Positions 53,372 to 63,738 of a stretch of 64,000 bases of DNA are shown here, in pieces. Both the position numbers and the translations under genes were made by a program. The stretch is from an uncultured Opitutia bacterium (GTDB taxonomy: Bacteria > Verrucomicrobiota > Verrucomicrobiia > Opitutales > Opitutaceae), in NCBI GenBank assembly GCA_903861185.1, contig CAIOTK010000429.1, positions 4,099 to 68,098 of the forward strand, read 5' to 3'. The first letter of the stretch is position 1; each line of letters begins with the position of its first letter. The notes beneath the pieces are model-generated. The model searched no databases, had not been told where the DNA came from, and saw nothing but the letters and a program-made list of their open reading frames with translations.

Positions 53372-55839
53372 TCGCGGGTGATGGTTTCGTCGAGGTTCAG
53401 CAGCACGCGGGCCACGGCGATCCACGCCGCGCGCTGGCGGGCCGCGGGTTCCCCAGTCTCCGCCGCGAGGCGCCGCGCAAAGAGGCTGGCGAGGCGGTCG
53501 CGCTCAAACGCGCTCGGTCGGCGGGCGGTGCTCAGGCGGAAGGCGTGGGCCAATTGTTCTGGGAGCGGCGCGCCCGGCCGCTCGCGGAGCACGCGGTCCG
53601 CGAGGCCCTCGGCAAATTCGTAGAACTGCTGGTCGTTGAGCAAGGTCAGGGCCTGCAGCGGCGTGTTCGAACGCAGGCGGCGGGTGCAGCTGCTGAAGCC
53701 GTCGGCGGCATCGAACACCGCCAGCGCGGGATGCGGCGTCGCGCGCCAGAAATGCGTGTACAGTCCGCGGCGATAACGGTCCTCGCCGGTGCTCGCCTTC
53801 CACTCCCGCTTGACCTGGCCTAGGCTCATCACGCCGTCCGGTTGCGGCGGATAGACCGGTGGGCCCCCCAGCCGCGGCACGAGCAGGCCGCTTGCGGTGA
53901 GGGCGGCATCCCGCACCAGCTCGGCATCGAGCCGCAGCCGTTGCTGCCTCGACAGCAGCCGGTTCAGCGGGTCCACGAGCGCCAGATCCTCGCGGGCGTT
54001 AGACGATTGCCGGTAGGTGGCCGAAGTTACGATGAGCCGATGGAGTGCCTTCAGGCTCCAACCCCGCGCGGTGAACTCGGTCGCCAGCCAATCGAGCAAC
54101 TCGGGGTGCGAGGGCGGGATCCCTTGGGAACCGAAATCGTTCTCGGTCTCGACCAGACCGAGGCCGAAGTATTGCAGCCAGACGCGATTGACGATGACTC
54201 GCGCCGTCAGGGGGTGGCTCGGATCGGCGGTCCAGCGAGCGAGGTCGAGGCGGTTCGGCCGCGGTCCGGCGGCCCGCAGGGGAGGCAAAATGGCCGGCGT
54301 GCCCGGCTCCACGCGTTCGCCGAGGCGGGTGAAGTCTCCTTGCACGAACAGGTGGCTCGGGCGCGGCTCCGGCAATTCTTCCATCACCAGCGTCGTGATC
54401 GCCCCCGGGACTGCGCGCTGCAATTCCGTCAGCGCGGCGGAGAGCGCCTTAAAGTCGGCATCCCCGGGACGGGCCAGCGGATACACGCTGCGGCGCTGGG
54501 CGAAGGACTGTTTCTCCCACGGAACGTCGAGGGCGGCGCGCACGCTGGCCGGACGCTGGGTCGCCCGCTTCTCCGCCGGCAGCGCCTGCCGCCAGGCCTC
54601 GATGGCCGCCGCGTGGGCCGTGAAGAGAGCCTCGAGCTTCTCCTGCGCCTCGGCGACCCGCGCCTCGAGGCCTTCGTCGACCCGGCCCTCCGGGGAGAGC
54701 GTCAGGACGCCGGTGGAGCGCGAGCGGCGGCCGCCGTGGCCGTCGTCCACGCTGCTGTTGAAAAAGGCGAACAGCTGATAGTAGTCCCGGTGGGAAATGG
54801 GGTCGAACTTGTGGTCGTGGCATTGGGCACACGAGACCGTCAGCCCGAGGAAGGCGGTACCGTACGTGTTCACACGGTCCAGTACCGATTCGATGCGGAA
54901 CTGCTCCGGGTCGATGCCTCCCTCCTGATTGATCTGGGTGTTGCGGTTGAAGCCGGTCGCGATCCGCTGTTCCACGGTTGCCCCCGGCAACAGGTCGCCG
55001 GCCAGTTGCTCGACGATGAATTGATCGTAGGGCAGGTCGCGGTTCAGGGCGGACACGACCCAGTCCCGGTACTTCCAAATCTGCCGGGGCGCATCGATGC
55101 TGTAGCCATTAGAGTCTCCGTAGCGGGCGACATCGAGCCACGGACGGGCCCAGCGTTCGCCGTGATGCGGGGAGGCGAGAAGGCGGTCGACCGCCCGTTC
55201 CCAGGCCCCGGGGGCTCGGTCCGCGAGGAAGGCATCGACCTCCGCGGGCGTGGGGGGCAGCCCGGTCAGATCCAAGGCGGCGCGGCGCAGGAGCGTTACC
55301 GGGTCCGCCTCCGGGGCCGGCGGTAGCTTCACGGCGGCCAGGCGCTGCAGGATAAAGGCGTCGATGGGATTGCTCGTCCAACCCGCGGGCGCAGCGGCGA
55401 CGGCAGGAACGGCCGGACGGGCCGGCGAACGGTAGGCCCAGTGTTCGAAGCGGCCCGGTTCCTCCTGTTCCGGGGCGGGAGCACCGGCGTCGACCCACGC
55501 CTTGAGCAGCGCGATCTCCGCGGCGCCCAGCGGGGGCTTCTTGTAGGGCATCGCGGGGATGTCCTCGTGCGTGCCGAGGACGACCGCCAAGAGTAGGCTT
55601 TCGCGACCGCCGGGGGTGCGGACCACCGACCCGCTCGCCCCGCCGAGGCGCGCATTGGCGGCCGTGTCCAACCGCAACCCCGCCTCTTCCTTCGCGGCGC
55701 CGTGGCACCGCACGCAGTGCTGCGTGAGGATCGGCTTCACCTCGCGGACGTAGTCCGGAACGGCGGCGAATGCGGGGAGCACCCCCCAGACCGCGGCCAG
55801 TGTCAGGAGGAAAGCACGAGGGGTCGAGGGGCGGCGCAT
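53368..55839 (-). CDS. Planctomycete cytochrome c + DUF1549 + DUF1553 (PSD1) protein
   Basis: Signal peptide, CVRCH heme motif, NPIDAFI, GERWARPWLDVARY, CAQCHDHKFDP, ARVIVNRVW..YFGLGLV, PSHPELLDWLA, NTPLQAL. Confidence 0.92.
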   Translation of the reverse strand: MRRPSTPRAFLLTLAAVWGVLPAFAAVPDYVREVKPILTQHCVRCHGAAKEEAGLRLDTAANARLGGASGSVVRTPGGRESLLLAVVLGTHEDIPAMPYKKPPLGAAEIALLKAWVDAGAPAPEQEEPGRFEHWAYRSPARPAVPAVAAAPAGWTSNPIDAFILQRLAAVKLPPAPEADPVTLLRRAALDLTGLPPTPAEVDAFLADRAPGAWERAVDRLLASPHHGERWARPWLDVARYGDSNGYSIDAPRQIWKYRDWVVSALNRDLPYDQFIVEQLAGDLLPGATVEQRIATGFNRNTQINQEGGIDPEQFRIESVLDRVNTYGTAFLGLTVSCAQCHDHKFDPISHRDYYQLFAFFNSSVDDGHGGRRSRSTGVLTLSPEGRVDEGLEARVAEAQEKLEALFTAHAAAIEAWRQALPAEKRATQRPASVRAALDVPWEKQSFAQRRSVYPLARPGDADFKALSAALTELQRAVPGAITTLVMEELPEPRPSHLFVQGDFTRLGERVEPGTPAILPPLRAAGPRPNRLDLARWTADPSHPLTARVIVNRVWLQYFGLGLVETENDFGSQGIPPSHPELLDWLATEFTARGWSLKALHRLIVTSATYRQSSNAREDLALVDPLNRLLSRQQRLRLDAELVRDAALTASGLLVPRLGGPPVYPPQPDGVMSLGQVKREWKASTGEDRYRRGLYTHFWRATPHPALAVFDAADGFSSCTRRLRSNTPLQALTLLNDQQFYEFAEGLADRVLRERPGAPLPEQLAHAFRLSTARRPSAFERDRLASLFARRLAAETGEPAARQRAAWIAVARVLLNLDETITRE

Positions 55840-55913
55840 AACTGCAGTCGAACGTGAGTCGCACCTGCGCCCTTGGCAACCCGCGGGTGGACCAATGGAA
55901 AACGCGTTGGACG

Positions 55914-57266
55914 CTAGAACCGGCCGGGGCCCCCCGGCCCGCCGCGGCCGCGCATCGCCTCCATCTGGCGGAGGAACTTCTTCCCGCCGCCCCCCTTCAT
56001 CATCTTCATCATCTGCTGCATCTGCTGGAACTGCTTCAGCAGCTGGTTCACTTCGACAATCTTCACGCCCGCTCCGTCCGCGATCCGCTTGCGGCGGCTC
56101 CCATTGAGGATGTCCGGCTTGCGGCGCTCCTGCTTGGTCATCGACTTGATGATCGCCTCCGTCCGCGCCATCTGGCGGTCCGCGCCCTCCGGCAACTGCA
56201 TCCCGTTCATCCCCGGGATCATGCCCATGATGCTCTGCATCGAGCCCATCTTTTTCACCTGCTGCATCTGCGCGAGGAAGTCCTCGAGGTTGAAATCGGC
56301 CTGCCGGAGCTTCTCGGCCATCCGCTCCGCCTCCTTCTGGTCGATGTTCTCCTGCGCCTTCTCAACCAGCGAGACCACGTCGCCCATCCCGAGGATCCGC
56401 GACGCCAGCCGGTCCGGGTGGAACGCCTCGAAATCCTCCGCTTTCTCACCCGTGCCGATGAACTTGATCGGCACGCCGGTGACCGCCTTGATCGAGAGCG
56501 CTGCGCCGCCCCGGGTGTCGCCGTCCAGCTTGGTCAGGACGAGCCCCGTCAGCTTCAGGGCATCGTGGAACGCCTGTGCGACGTTCACCGCTTCCTGGCC
56601 CAGCGCGCCGTCCGCCACCAGCAGCACTTCGTCCGGCTGCACGCGCTCCCTGAGGCGGCGTACCTCCTCGATCAGCTCGGCATCAATCTGAAGCCGCCCC
56701 GCCGTATCGAAGAGGATGCAATCTGCTCCCGCCGCCCGCGCCGCGTCCAAGCCGGCGGCACCGATGGCTGGCACATCGCGGGACTGGCGGTCCGCGTAGA
56801 AGCCCAGTTCCTCCTGCCGCGCGAGGATCTCCAGTTGGTCGATCGCGGCGGGCCGGTAGATATCCGCCCCGATCACGAAAGGCTTGCCCCCGCGGCGGCG
56901 CAGCAAACGGCCGAGCTTGGCGGTGGAGGTGGTCTTGCCGGAGCCGTGGAGGCCGACGAGCAGGACCTTCAATGGCCGGGTGGCGGTGAGGCCGGTGGAC
57001 CCTTCGCCCAGCAGGCGCACGAGCTCGTCGTGGATCACCTTAATGACCTGCTGGCCCGGGGCGACGCCCTTCAGGACCTCTTGGCCCACGCACTGGAGCT
57101 GGACGCGATCAATGAAGTCCCGGACCACCCGGAAGTGCACGTCGGCCGCGAGCAGGGCGGTGCGGACCTCCTGCAGGGCCGCGGCCATGTTTTCCTCGGT
57201 CAGCTTGCCCGCGCCGCGGAGGTTGCGCAGCGCGCCGGTGAGTTTCTCGGTGAGGGAGGCGAACAT
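55914..57266 (-). CDS. ffh: Signal recognition particle protein
   Basis: [45 protein letters not shown], Met-rich M domain. Start moved to ATG 57266. Confidence 0.97.
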   Translation of the reverse strand: MFASLTEKLTGALRNLRGAGKLTEENMAAALQEVRTALLAADVHFRVVRDFIDRVQLQCVGQEVLKGVAPGQQVIKVIHDELVRLLGEGSTGLTATRPLKVLLVGLHGSGKTTSTAKLGRLLRRRGGKPFVIGADIYRPAAIDQLEILARQEELGFYADRQSRDVPAIGAAGLDAARAAGADCILFDTAGRLQIDAELIEEVRRLRERVQPDEVLLVADGALGQEAVNVAQAFHDALKLTGLVLTKLDGDTRGGAALSIKAVTGVPIKFIGTGEKAEDFEAFHPDRLASRILGMGDVVSLVEKAQENIDQKEAERMAEKLRQADFNLEDFLAQMQQVKKMGSMQSIMGMIPGMNGMQLPEGADRQMARTEAIIKSMTKQERRKPDILNGSRRKRIADGAGVKIVEVNQLLKQFQQMQQMMKMMKGGGGKKFLRQMEAMRGRGGPGGPGRF

Positions 57267-57376
57267 CGGAGCGGGGATAGCTGGGGCGATTTCGGGCGGG
57301 TTGCAATCCGGCGCTCGCGCCCGGCGCAACTTCGTCCTCGTCAAGGGGGGAGGGATGACCGATAACCGCCGGTCCT

Positions 57377-57865
57377 ATGAATCCAGTGCTCAAGCTCCTC
57401 ATCGACGGCGGTAGCCTCACCACCGGCCAACTGGCCCAGGTGGCTGGGCTGACCGAGGCCGAGGTGAACCAGCACCTGGAGCAGCTGCGTCGGGAAGGGA
57501 TCTTCCTTGGCTGGCGCCCGGTGCTCGACCTCTCCCGCGAGGCCGCCGCGGCTCTCGCCGTGCGCGCCGTGATCGAGGTCAAGGTTACCCCAGAGCGGGG
57601 CGGCGGCTTCAATCGCCTAGCCGAGCGGATCGCCCGGTTCGACGAAGTGGAATCGTGTTATCTGGTTTCGGGTGGCTACGACCTCCTGGTCTTTGTCCGC
57701 GGCGCTTCGCTCCAGCGGGTCGCCTCCTTCGTTTCCGAGAAGCTCTCCACGATCGAGGGCGTCCTTTCCACGTCCACCCACTTCATGCTCCGCTGCTACA
57801 AAGAGCAGGGTTTCCTGCTTGGAGCGGACGACTCCCAGACGCAGCGGCTGAACGTCGCGCCCTGA
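57377..57865 (+). CDS. Lrp/AsnC family transcriptional regulator
   Basis: N-terminal HTH (LTTGQLAQVAGLTEAEV), C-terminal RAM domain (YLVSGGYDL...STSTHFML). Confidence 0.9.
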   Translation: MNPVLKLLIDGGSLTTGQLAQVAGLTEAEVNQHLEQLRREGIFLGWRPVLDLSREAAAALAVRAVIEVKVTPERGGGFNRLAERIARFDEVESCYLVSGGYDLLVFVRGASLQRVASFVSEKLSTIEGVLSTSTHFMLRCYKEQGFLLGADDSQTQRLNVAP

Positions 57866-57876
57866 ACGCCACCCGT

Positions 57877-59058
57877 ATGAGCACCGACGCGCAACGGTGG
57901 GTGGCCAGCCACGTGGCCGGCCTCCCCAAGAGCGGGATCCGCGACTTCTTTGAATTGGTCGCGAAGATGAAGGGTCAGGACGTCATCTCGCTGGGGGTGG
58001 GGGAACCCGACTTCGTCACCCCTTGGCACGTCCGCGAGGCCGCCATCTACGCCCTCGAACGGGGTAAGACCTATTACACCTCCAACTTGGGGATGATCGA
58101 GCTGCGGCGCGAGATCTCCACCTACGTGGAGCGGCACTTTGGGGTCACTTACCGCCCAGACGATCAGGTGATTGTCACGGTCGGGGTCAGTGAGGCGCTC
58201 GATCTCGCTTTCCGCGCCTTCTGCAACCCGGGCGACAAGGTGATGTTCCACCAGCCCTGCTACGTCAGCTACCACCCGAGCATCTCCTTGGTGCACGGGA
58301 CCGGGATCGCAGTGCCCACGTTCGCTAGCGACAATTTCGCCCTCACCGCTGCCGCGCTGCGCGCTGCCTGGCAGCCGGGGGCCAAGATCCTGATGCTCAA
58401 TCTCCCCTGCAACCCCACGGGCGGCACCTGCACCCGCGGCCAGTTGGAGGAGATTGCCGCCTTCTGCCGCGAGAAGGACCTGCTCGTGCTCAGCGACGAA
58501 ATCTATTCGGAGCTCACCTTTGAGGGCACCCATACCAGCATCGCCAGCCTCCCGGGGATGGCGGAGCGCACCATCTTCCTCCACGGTTTCTCCAAGGCCT
58601 TCGCGATGACCGGCTGGCGCATCGGTTACGCCTGCGGCCCCGCCCCCCTGATCGACGCGATGATGAAGGTCCACCAGTACGCGATGATGTGCGCCTCCAT
58701 CATCGCCCAAGAGGGCGCCCTCGAGGCCCTCAAAAACGGCTGGGACAACGTCCTGCGGATGCGCGAGCAGTACCATCGTCGCCGCGACGTGATCGTCCGT
58801 CGGCTCAACGAGTCGGGCCTGCCCTGCCACCTGCCTCGGGGCAGCTTCTACGCCTTTCCGGACGTCTCCCCGACCGGCCTGTCCGAGAAAGACTTCTCCG
58901 TCGGCCTCCTGCAGCACCACAAGGTCGCCGTGGTCCCCGGCCTCGCCTTCGGTGAGAACGGCCGCGGACACGTCCGCGCCTGCTTCGCCACGGCCTACGA
59001 TCAGGTGATCGAGGCCTGCGACCGCATCGACCGCTTCGTCCAAGGGCTCCGCAAGTGA
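57877..59058 (+). CDS. PLP-dependent aminotransferase class I/II (AlaT/YugH-like)
   Basis: KSGIRDFF, SLGVGEPDF, CNPTG, SDEIYSEL, PLP Lys in GFSKAFAMTGWRIGY. Start moved to ATG 57877. The Lrp + aminotransferase pairing is a known arrangement. Confidence 0.92.
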   Translation: MSTDAQRWVASHVAGLPKSGIRDFFELVAKMKGQDVISLGVGEPDFVTPWHVREAAIYALERGKTYYTSNLGMIELRREISTYVERHFGVTYRPDDQVIVTVGVSEALDLAFRAFCNPGDKVMFHQPCYVSYHPSISLVHGTGIAVPTFASDNFALTAAALRAAWQPGAKILMLNLPCNPTGGTCTRGQLEEIAAFCREKDLLVLSDEIYSELTFEGTHTSIASLPGMAERTIFLHGFSKAFAMTGWRIGYACGPAPLIDAMMKVHQYAMMCASIIAQEGALEALKNGWDNVLRMREQYHRRRDVIVRRLNESGLPCHLPRGSFYAFPDVSPTGLSEKDFSVGLLQHHKVAVVPGLAFGENGRGHVRACFATAYDQVIEACDRIDRFVQGLRK

Positions 59059-60551
59059 GCCCCCCCATGAACCGCATCGTGGCGATCGTCGGCCGACCCA
59101 ATGTCGGCAAGAGCCGCCTGTTCAACCGGGTGGCGGGGCGACGGATCTCCATCGTCCACGACCAGCCGGGGGTCACCCGGGACGTCATTTCCGCCGAGGT
59201 GGCCGACGGGGGGTACACGCTGCTCGACACCGGTGGCCTAGGTTACGAGGGCGTGGACACGCCGGCCGCCCTCACGCGGGCGTCCGAGCGTCAGGTCGAG
59301 TTCGCCATCGCTACGGCCAGCCTCATTCTCTTCGTCGTTGATGGCTTGGCCGGCATCGCGGCGCTGGATGAGCGGATCGCGGCCAAGCTCCGCCGTTCCA
59401 AGCGCCAGGTTCGCCTCGTGGTGAACAAGGCCGACTTCGGAGACGAGAAGGTTGCCCTCGACGAGGCCTACCGCCTTGGCTTTGGCGAACCACTGCGGGT
59501 CTCCGCGGAACACGGCCGCGGCGAGCCGGAACTGCGGGCCGCAATCGCCGAGGCGCTCGGCCCGGCCCCCGAAGCCGCGCCCGCGCGCACCGCCGCGGAC
59601 CCGCTCTGCGTCTGCTTCATCGGCCGGCCCAATGTCGGCAAATCCTCCCTCAGCAATCGCCTGCTGCAGAGCGAGCGCCTGATCGTCAGCGAAGTTCCCG
59701 GCACCACTCGGGATTCCATCGAACTGCCTTTCGAGTTTCTCGGCCGAGACGGGAAGCAACATCCGTTCCGTCTCATCGATACGGCCGGCATCAAGGCGGC
59801 GACGAAGCTCGCCTCCCCGGTGGAGTATTTCTCCCGCCTCCGCTCGCTCGACGCCATCAAGCGCACGGATGTGGTCTTTTTGGTCCTCGATGCTCTCGAA
59901 GGCGTTACCCAGCAGGACAAGGCGATCGCCGGCGAGGCGGTGAAGGAAGGCAAACCCATCGTCATCGTCGTCAATAAATGGGATTTGGTGAAAGATGCGT
60001 TCAAGGCCCAGGGGGGCTTCGAGCCGTACAAGAGCGAGCGCGATTACCGGGAGAAGTATGAAAAGGCGCTCTTTGATCGCCTGTTCTTCACGCCGGGCTC
60101 GCCGGTTATCTTCGTCTCGGCGATGAGCGGGTACGAGGTGGACCGGATGCTCAACGCAGCGGTGAAGCTCAATCGCGCGCTGGATAAGCGCATCCCGACG
60201 GCCAAGCTGAACCAGCAGCTGACGTTCCTCGCTGAGCGCAATCCGCCGGCTGCGATCGCCGGGCGTCGTTTCCGGATCTACTACGCCACGCAGACGGGCA
60301 ACCGTCCTTTCCGGATCCGACTGTTCTGCAATCGAGAGGAGAAGCTTTCCGAGCAGTACCGCCGCTACTTGGAGGCGGGACTGGTGGATGAGTTTGGCCT
60401 GCAGGGCTGCCCGGTGTTCTTCGAGCTGGTCGGCAAGACCCGCGATGACGAGCGGGCCGCGGCCCACGCTGGAGGTGCCGGAAGCGGGCGGGATGGTCCG
60501 CCCCGCCCGCGCTGGGCGGCCGCCGAGGAACGGACGATCGAGGAGGACTAG
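59055..60551 (+). CDS. der: Ribosome biogenesis GTPase Der (EngA)
   Basis: Two G domains (GRPNVGKS twice, DTGG/DTAG, NKAD/NKWD), KH-like C-terminus with YATQ. Start GTG 59055 or ATG 59067. Confidence 0.96.
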   Translation: MSPPMNRIVAIVGRPNVGKSRLFNRVAGRRISIVHDQPGVTRDVISAEVADGGYTLLDTGGLGYEGVDTPAALTRASERQVEFAIATASLILFVVDGLAGIAALDERIAAKLRRSKRQVRLVVNKADFGDEKVALDEAYRLGFGEPLRVSAEHGRGEPELRAAIAEALGPAPEAAPARTAADPLCVCFIGRPNVGKSSLSNRLLQSERLIVSEVPGTTRDSIELPFEFLGRDGKQHPFRLIDTAGIKAATKLASPVEYFSRLRSLDAIKRTDVVFLVLDALEGVTQQDKAIAGEAVKEGKPIVIVVNKWDLVKDAFKAQGGFEPYKSERDYREKYEKALFDRLFFTPGSPVIFVSAMSGYEVDRMLNAAVKLNRALDKRIPTAKLNQQLTFLAERNPPAAIAGRRFRIYYATQTGNRPFRIRLFCNREEKLSEQYRRYLEAGLVDEFGLQGCPVFFELVGKTRDDERAAAHAGGAGSGRDGPPRPRWAAAEERTIEED

Positions 60552-60558
60552 GCCCGGG

Positions 60559-61539
60559 TTAGCGCCGCTGGCGCTGCCGGTATTCGTCCCCGTTCATCAG
60601 GGCCCGGCGCAAGTCGCGCTCCGTCAGGCCCTGTTCGCGCATCTGGCGTTCGTAGTTGGCTAGGCCCGCCGGATCGGGGTCCCGCCCCAGCAGTTCCCGG
60701 TAGGCCCGGACGATGATCTCGCGCCCGTTGCGTCCCCGGCCTTCCTGGCTGCGGCGAAGGTCCTCGCGGATCTGCCCTTGCGTCCAGCCCTCGCGCCATT
60801 TGGCGCGATAGTGGGCGAGGCCCGCGGGGTCCGCTTCCCGTCCGAGGACCTCCCGGTACATCCGCCGGATGGCGGGCTCCGGCTGGATCGCGCGCGCCTC
60901 CGGGCTCCGCTGGAGTTGCTGGATGACCTCCTGTTGGCTCCATCCCTCCTGCATCACCCGCTCCCGGTAGGTCCGGAGGCCGGTGGGATCCGCGGGGCGG
61001 TCGAGGACCTCGCGAAAGGCGTGTTCCACCATCCGCTCGGCGGTCCGGCGGTCGATTCGCGGCCGTGGCGGCTCGACGATCACCACCCGGGGCGGCGGGG
61101 GCGGGGGAGGGACCACGACTACTGGCCCCGGGCGCCGCTCCGCCGCTGGAGGAGCTGGCGCGGGGGGCGTTTGGCCGTGCACCTGGATCGCCGCGATGGC
61201 CCGATCCCAAGTCTGGCCGCCCCGCGCTTGCGCGTAGAGGTCCGGGATGCTGGCCCCGAGTTCCAGCCGCTCGCCGCGGAACCCGGGAGCGCTGGCCACG
61301 GTCGCCCGGGCCGCGCCTTCGATTTGGACCGAGGAAATGGCCCCCCGCCACGATTGCTGGTTGGCGCGTTGCAGCGTGGCCAGATCCTCTACTCGTGCGC
61401 CGGCCTCGACCCGCAGCGCTTCTCCTTGGAAGTTCGGTTCCGTGTAGAAGACTACGGCGTCCGCCGCGCCTACCCGCGCCAGTACCGCCAGCAAGAGGCA
61501 GGGGAGCGGCCAGAGAGTAAGGCGGAAGGGCAGTAGCAT
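60559..61539 (-). CDS. Secreted beta/gamma-crystallin-like domain + Pro-rich linker + three DUF4214-like helical repeats
   Basis: Signal peptide; VVFYTEPNFQG...ISSVQI...ATVASAPGFRG Greek-key pattern; repeats FREVLDRPADPTGLRTY / YREVLGREADPAGLAHY / YRELLGRDPDPAGLANY. Confidence 0.72.
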   Translation of the reverse strand: MLLPFRLTLWPLPCLLLAVLARVGAADAVVFYTEPNFQGEALRVEAGARVEDLATLQRANQQSWRGAISSVQIEGAARATVASAPGFRGERLELGASIPDLYAQARGGQTWDRAIAAIQVHGQTPPAPAPPAAERRPGPVVVVPPPPPPPRVVIVEPPRPRIDRRTAERMVEHAFREVLDRPADPTGLRTYRERVMQEGWSQQEVIQQLQRSPEARAIQPEPAIRRMYREVLGREADPAGLAHYRAKWREGWTQGQIREDLRRSQEGRGRNGREIIVRAYRELLGRDPDPAGLANYERQMREQGLTERDLRRALMNGDEYRQRQRR

Positions 61540-61542
61540 CGG

Positions 61543-62367
61543 CTAGCGGGCGAAGAAGGGGTTGTGGACTTTCTCCTGGTCGAGGGTCGTCAGCGGCCCG
61601 TGGCCACAGGCGAGCACGGTGTCGCGGGGAAGGGACAGGATCTTCCGGCGATTGTTGCGTAGCTGGTCTTTGAAGTGGGTGGCGCTGCCGCCCATTGAGC
61701 TGGCGAAGATCGAATCTCCGACCACCGCCAAGGGCCAACTGAGGCCGGTGACGTAAAAGGTGGTCTGCCCGGGTGAGTGCCCGGAGGTCAGCAGGGTCTT
61801 CACCGCCAACGCACCGACGTGGAAGTGGGCGTTCTCCGGAAAGGTGCGCGCGCCGGGGTGCGCCACCGGTTCCAGTTCACTGCTCCAGACTTCCGCCCCG
61901 GTGGCCTCGGCCAGTCGCGGCAGGTCCGCGATATGATCCGAATGCGTGTGGGTCAGGAAGATATAACGCAGCCGTAGACCCTCGGTGGCGATAATATCGA
62001 GCATCGCGGTACAGTCGGCACCCGTGTCGAACGCCGCCGCGATCTTGGCCCGGGGATCCCAGATCAGGTAGCTATTGACCAGCATCTCACCGTGGCGGGT
62101 GCTGAAGGCGGCGAAGGCGATCGGGAAATCGGGGATCCGGGGGTACCAGCGCTGATGCGCCAGCGCCTCTAGGGCGTCCGGTGACAGCCCGAGGTGCCGC
62201 GCCACGCGCCGGAGCACCGCGTCCTTGGCTTGGCCCGCCTGGAGGGCTTGAAGGTCCTCCAGGCTCACCTCGGCGCGCCGGGCCAGATCGGCGTCGCTGA
62301 TCCCGAGGCCGCGCTGAGCCTTGGCGATCACGTCCTGGCAATTGTCCTCGAGCGGCAGATGGGGCAT
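61543..62367 (-). CDS. MBL-fold metallo-hydrolase with N-terminal HTH-like domain
   Basis: [12 protein letters not shown] (HxHxDH), GHSPG, VGDSIF, CGHG; N-terminal [21 protein letters not shown]-like HTH. Start moved to ATG 62367. Confidence 0.85.
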   Translation of the reverse strand: MPHLPLEDNCQDVIAKAQRGLGISDADLARRAEVSLEDLQALQAGQAKDAVLRRVARHLGLSPDALEALAHQRWYPRIPDFPIAFAAFSTRHGEMLVNSYLIWDPRAKIAAAFDTGADCTAMLDIIATEGLRLRYIFLTHTHSDHIADLPRLAEATGAEVWSSELEPVAHPGARTFPENAHFHVGALAVKTLLTSGHSPGQTTFYVTGLSWPLAVVGDSIFASSMGGSATHFKDQLRNNRRKILSLPRDTVLACGHGPLTTLDQEKVHNPFFAR

Positions 62368-62475
62368 GCCTTGGGCATACCCGTGGAGAGCGGTGCCCGG
62401 CAAGCCGGATGCGCCGCCGGGTTTGCCGTTGCCTTGTCCGCAGCGCGGGCTTTGCCTCCGTTTTTTACTCCTCCT

Positions 62476-63267
62476 ATGACCACCTCCGCGGAATATCTCG
62501 CTTCACTCTATGCGCTCACCGGTAAGGTGGCTGTCGTCATCGGGGGCACCGGTGAACTGTGCGGTGCGATGGCCGAGGGCCTCGCCGGCGCCGGGGCGGA
62601 GGTCGTTCTGGTCGGACGGCAGGCCGAGAAGGCGGCCCCGCGCCTCGAGCGGATCCACGCCGCCGGTGGCCGCGGCTACTTCCTCGCCGCGGAAGCCTCG
62701 GAAAAGGCCTCGCTTGAGGCCCTGCTGGCCACTGTGCGCGAGCGCTCCGGTGGGATTGATATTGTCGTCAATGGCGCTGGGGTGAACTCGGCGACGCCCT
62801 TCCTCGACATCTCCGAGGACGAGTTTGACCGCATCATGCGCGTTAATGTGAAGGGGGTGTTCCTCGGCTGCCAGGTGTTCGGCCGCTATCTGGTCGAACG
62901 CGGCCAGGGGGGCAGTATTATCAACCTAGGCTCGATGAGCGCCGTGGTGCCGCTGTCCCGCGTGTTCACCTATTCCGCCTCCAAGGCGGCGGTGCACAAC
63001 CTCTCGAAGAACCTCGCCCGCGAGTGGGCGCCGCAGCGGATCCGCGTCAACACGTTGGTGCCGGGCTTCTTCCCCGCCGAGCAGAACCGCAAGATCCTCT
63101 CGCCGGACCGCGTGGCCAGCATCCTCGGGCATACCCCGATGAAGCGCTTCGGTGAGGCCCGCGAACTGATCGGCGCGACGTTGCTCCTGGCCAGCGAGCG
63201 GGCCGGCGGCTTTGTCACCGGTTCCGAACTCATCGTGGACGGGGGTTATCACGCGATGACCATCTGA
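62476..63267 (+). CDS. Short-chain dehydrogenase/reductase (sugar-acid dehydrogenase, KduD/UxuB-like)
   Basis: [48 protein letters not shown]. Start moved to ATG 62476. Confidence 0.9.
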   Translation: MTTSAEYLASLYALTGKVAVVIGGTGELCGAMAEGLAGAGAEVVLVGRQAEKAAPRLERIHAAGGRGYFLAAEASEKASLEALLATVRERSGGIDIVVNGAGVNSATPFLDISEDEFDRIMRVNVKGVFLGCQVFGRYLVERGQGGSIINLGSMSAVVPLSRVFTYSASKAAVHNLSKNLAREWAPQRIRVNTLVPGFFPAEQNRKILSPDRVASILGHTPMKRFGEARELIGATLLLASERAGGFVTGSELIVDGGYHAMTI

Positions 63268-63301
63268 GTTCTATAGTATTCTTCCGGGCTAAAATAGAAC
63301 T
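63267..63301. promoter_or_regulatory. AT-rich 8-bp inverted repeat AGTTCTAT-N19-ATAGAACT overlapping a TAAAAT -10-like hexamer
   Basis: Arms 63267-74 and 63294-301; TAAAAT at 63290-95; lies directly upstream of the small basic protein gene. Confidence 0.35.
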
Positions 63302-63337
63302 TGATATACGCCCCCTTGCCTCAGATCATTGCCGCGT

Positions 63338-63718
63338 ATGTTCTCCAAAAAGTTGAAGGAATTGCAGGCCGCGCGGGACCGTCTCGCCAGCCTCGAGAAG
63401 ACGATCGAAGGCGAACTGGCGGCCTTACCCGCCCAGTTCGGCTTTGATTCTGCCCAGGCGTTCGCGGACGCGGTGGTGAAGGCCTCCGCGAGCGGTGCCC
63501 GCCTAGCGCGGAAGGGCGGTCGCGGTCAGGGTGCGGCGAAGCCCAAGGGCAAGCGCAAGCGGAGCGTTGTGACCGACGAGCTGCGCAATCAAGTCAAGCA
63601 GTTGGCTGAGGCGGGCCAGACCGGCAATCAGATCAAGGCCGCCACCGGCCTCTCCCTCCCCACAATCCAGCTCATCAAGAAGGCGTTCGGACTGGTGAAG
63701 TCCCGGACCGCTTCCTGA
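63338..63718 (+). CDS. Small basic protein (coiled coil + Lys/Arg linker + C-terminal HTH); candidate nucleoid-associated protein
   Basis: LKELQAARDRLASLEKTIEGEL coiled coil; AKPKGKRKRSVVTDELR; GQTGNQIKAATGLSLPTIQLIKKAFGL HTH. Followed by its own terminator. Confidence 0.7.
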   Translation: MFSKKLKELQAARDRLASLEKTIEGELAALPAQFGFDSAQAFADAVVKASASGARLARKGGRGQGAAKPKGKRKRSVVTDELRNQVKQLAEAGQTGNQIKAATGLSLPTIQLIKKAFGLVKSRTAS

Positions 63719-63738
63719 TTCGCGACCGTGGTCGCTCC

